In this document: positions 44,674 through 44,890 of the stretch, piece by piece
Layout: each line of letters opens with the position of its first letter
How positions within the stretch are numbered: the first letter of the stretch is position 1
Assembly (NCBI GenBank): GCA_002726595.1
Contig: PBTO01000115.1
Location: 1-44,890 of the forward strand
DNA length: 44,890 nucleotides
Source of the DNA: Gammaproteobacteria bacterium
GTDB taxonomy: Bacteria > Pseudomonadota > Gammaproteobacteria > Pseudomonadales > Pseudohongiellaceae
Direction of reading: 5' to 3'
Translations under genes and position numbers: made by a program
The notes under the pieces: model-generated
What the model was told of the DNA's origin: nothing
Database searches by the model: none
What the model saw: only the letters and a program-made list of their open reading frames with translations

Positions 44674-44890
44674 AAGGTCACGCCAATCATTACAGAACCC
44701 ACTCCTTTGAGTTGAGTGGAACTGTATCACCACTGTTCGACGTTACTTTGTAGCTGCGCGGAGAGACGCATGGCAGCTCGCTTGATAGATCTCGCCAAAA
44801 AGTTTCCCTGCACAGTAAACAAGAAAAGGTGAACAAAGGCACAATAGCTACAGTCTGCTCCAAGGAATGGGATTGATGTTCAGTGCGGTG

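Noticed and set aside
44550-44753. 67-aa plus-strand ORF
   Set aside because: It reads straight through the nested hairpin element (44605-44673). Its translation is Arg/Cys/Gly-rich, as is typical when palindromic repeats are translated. There is no SD and no family resemblance.
1-44890. Mobile elements, prophage genes, tRNA or rRNA genes
   Set aside because: I scanned the ORF translations for transposase, integrase or phage hallmarks, and the intergenic DNA for tRNA-like cloverleaf stretches or long terminal inverted repeats. I found none. The only island-like signal is the AT-rich single-gene segment at 40.7-42.5 kb.

Overview
This is a 44.9 kb stretch of chromosome-like, almost entirely protein-coding DNA. 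My guess is a marine-type Gammaproteobacterium, based on gene content only; I could not verify it. All family assignments come from reading motifs in the supplied translations, and no database search was run. I support about 33 CDS or gene remnants. I recognised no rRNA, tRNA, CRISPR array, transposase or integrase.

Layout:
(1) 1-16.5 kb: the 3' end of secF and a LysM-type lytic transglycosylase. Next comes a head-to-head pair of genes that both lack their 5' parts: a CopA-type cupredoxin domain fused to a CopB-like barrel, abutting a PD40/TolB-like propeller. Then a run of mostly signal-peptide-bearing enzymes: MBL-fold hydrolase, gamma-glutamyltransferase, an unknown exported protein, an FAH-family hydrolase and an NHL/PAL-like propeller. 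This block also holds a small methyltransferase, a DUF3524/QTMAN-like glycosyltransferase, a GST, an MFE-2-type SDR and a NUDIX hydrolase.
(2) 16.8-31.7 kb: one tightly packed, partly overlap-coupled 8-gene operon of the MoxR / DUF58 / BatA-VWA ('Bat-like') type. It is extended by a 1231-aa low-complexity DUF4175-like membrane protein, a legumain-like protein with no possible catalytic Cys, a TPR-embedded gluzincin and a DUF4159-like protein.
(3) 31.9-44.9 kb: a small exported helical protein, an ~850 bp non-coding gap with a decayed reading frame, an SDR, RegB/RegA-type redox two-component genes, an acyl-CoA synthetase, an xNGxI-repeat protein, a second MBL hydrolase, a serine hydrolase and a PaaI thioesterase. 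An AT-rich islet in this block encodes a fusion of a prolyl-4-hydroxylase-like dioxygenase with an O-fucosyltransferase-like glycosyltransferase. The window ends in a structured intergenic region with GGA-loop hairpins.

The best candidates for something undescribed are the expanded MoxR/VWA operon with its two protease-like inserts, and the hydroxylase-glycosyltransferase fusion.
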